A stretch of 64,000 nucleotides of DNA from Eledone cirrhosa (lineage: Eukaryota). Of this stretch, positions 62,330 through 64,000 are shown one piece after another (position 1 is the first letter of the stretch; the number at the start of each line of letters is the position of its first letter). Both the position numbers and the translations under genes were made by a program. The DNA lies in contig OZ024743.1 of NCBI GenBank assembly GCA_964016885.1, positions 143,778,001 through 143,842,000 of the forward strand, read 5' to 3'. Below the pieces are notes generated by a model. That model made no database searches and had not been told where the DNA came from. It saw only the letters and a program-made list of their open reading frames with translations.

Positions 62330-64000
62330 ATCATCATCATCATCATCAACGTTTAACGTCCGTGTTCCATGCTTGCATGGGTTTGGACGGGGGTTTTCCC
62401 ACTTGAGGCAAGAGTGATTGTCTTGCTCGCATAGGACTGTCTGGCAGGTTTTCTACAGTTGGATGCCCTTCCTAACACCAACCACATTTACAGTGTGGGT
62501 CTGGGAGGTTTTTACCGTGTTGCCTACACGGCCACAATACAGCATGGACTGTGTGTTTTTTTGTCGTGACACCTACACGATCTCATTTGTTTCGGCCTGG
62601 ATGGTGTGGCACCAACATAACTTTACATAGAAGGGGCCGGTGTGGATGGGGTGGGGGTGGTGGGACGGGGGTGTATTTTGTTAGAGATGCCTACTGACTG
62701 TGAGGTGTAAGTGTGTGAGGTCGGAGTTTATCAGCTCGTCCCAGGTTTTTCTGGGTCTGCCTATTCCGTGGCTACCGTCTATCTTTATTGCCCTGCACTT
62801 TGTTATACAGCTATCGTCCTTCATGCGCATCACGTGACCATACCAACGTAGCCTTCTCTCTAGTAAACAACATCTGATCCCTCTTATTTCTAATTTTTTC
62901 CTTAGTTCGTTTATGCTTTGTCGTTCACGTATATTACTATTACACATCCAGCAGAGCATGCAAGCTTCGTTTCTCTCTAGTCTGCATATATCCTCTGCAC
63001 ACAATGCCCAGGTCTCACTGCCATGCAACATTGCTGTTCGTATGCAGGCATCGTACAACCTGCCTTTCATTTTTAGGGAGAACCCTTTAGCGGCTAATAG
63101 TGGTATAAGCTCTCTGAACTTTTTCCACCCAGTTCTGACTCTAGCTACTGTACTTTCAGAGCACCCTCCCCCACTGCTGATTTTGTCACCCAGGTAACGG
63201 AAGCTGTCCACTATTTCTATAGAACCCTCTGCGCAGTTGAAAGAGCTAGTATTTTGTGGGCACTTGCTGCTACTTATTGCCCCAGAACACCGGCCACATG
63301 TAAAATCTATGTTCTTAGTTAGCTTACCTGTGATCCCACTACATCTTTTATGCACCCATACTTTGCATTTAGGACATAAAATGGAGTTTCTACCGACGCC
63401 TTTCCTACACACCGAGCACGACCATTTCCCAGAAGGGACCACCGCCTTATTTTCTTTCCTACAAACTAGAACTTTAGTCTTAGCCAGGTTAATTTTAAGG
63501 CCTTTTGATTCTAGGCCGTGCTTCCATGTTTGGAATTTCTTCTCTAGCTCGGCCATTGATTCAGCTATGAGCGTTAGATCATCTGCGTATAGGAGTTCCC
63601 ATGGGCAGCCGGTCTTGAACTCCACTGTTATAGCCTGGAGGGCAATAATAAATAGTAGGGGGCTAAGAACAGAGCCCTGATGAACACCAACTTTTACACT
63701 AAACTCTTCACTATATTCGTTGTTAATTCTAACCTTGCTGACTGTTTCTTTATACATGGCTTGTATAGCTCTCACAAGCCATTCATCAACACCTAGTTTT
63801 CTAAGAGCCCACCAGATAATAGAGCGGGGGACTCTGTCGAAGGCCTTCTCCAAGTCGACGAAAGCTAAGTATAGGGGTTTACTTTTAGCTAGGTACTTCT
63901 CCTGTAGTTGTCGTACAATGAAAAGAGCGTCTCTGGTACTTTTTCCTGACACAAACCCGAACTGCATTTCATCTAGATCAATTCGCTCTCTGATTAGTTG
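62330..64000 (-). mobile_element. RTE LINE family A, runs off the window; deletion removes the normal ORF end
   Basis: ORF 62681..63967 is near identical to family A. 3' UTR 62330-62700 with (CAT)n. Confidence 0.94.

Overview
AT-rich eukaryotic (metazoan) repeat-dominated DNA. The SINE types and the huge (TA)n/(TATG)n arrays suggest a cephalopod such as Octopus (inference). No host protein-coding gene can be supported, and almost all ORFs in the track are microsatellite artefacts. The real coding remnants are all retrotransposons: two Penelope-like elements (PLEs; RT+GIY-YIG), five RTE-type LINE copies with a PHD-like finger inside ORF2, one ancient RTE fragment, and one R4/Dong-like RLE element. 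There are also tRNA-derived SINEs, an RTE-derived bipartite element and TTAA-flanked piggyBac-like MITEs. The hidden signal is about 20 type I hammerhead-ribozyme (HHR) motifs, intact or degenerate, on both strands. Most sit in non-coding fold-back elements inserted in (TA)n. These have one arm with a structured 3' tail and an inverted arm that stops just before the tail. In the three cases that have both an inverted arm and the conserved GCTC/ACTC-TGT...ACA-TT-GAG stem, the arm ends exactly 3 nt before the stem. Also present are a tandem HHR pair (469 bp spacing, retrozyme-like) and an element with HHRs in both polarities. All folds and alignments were done by eye, so coordinates are approximate.
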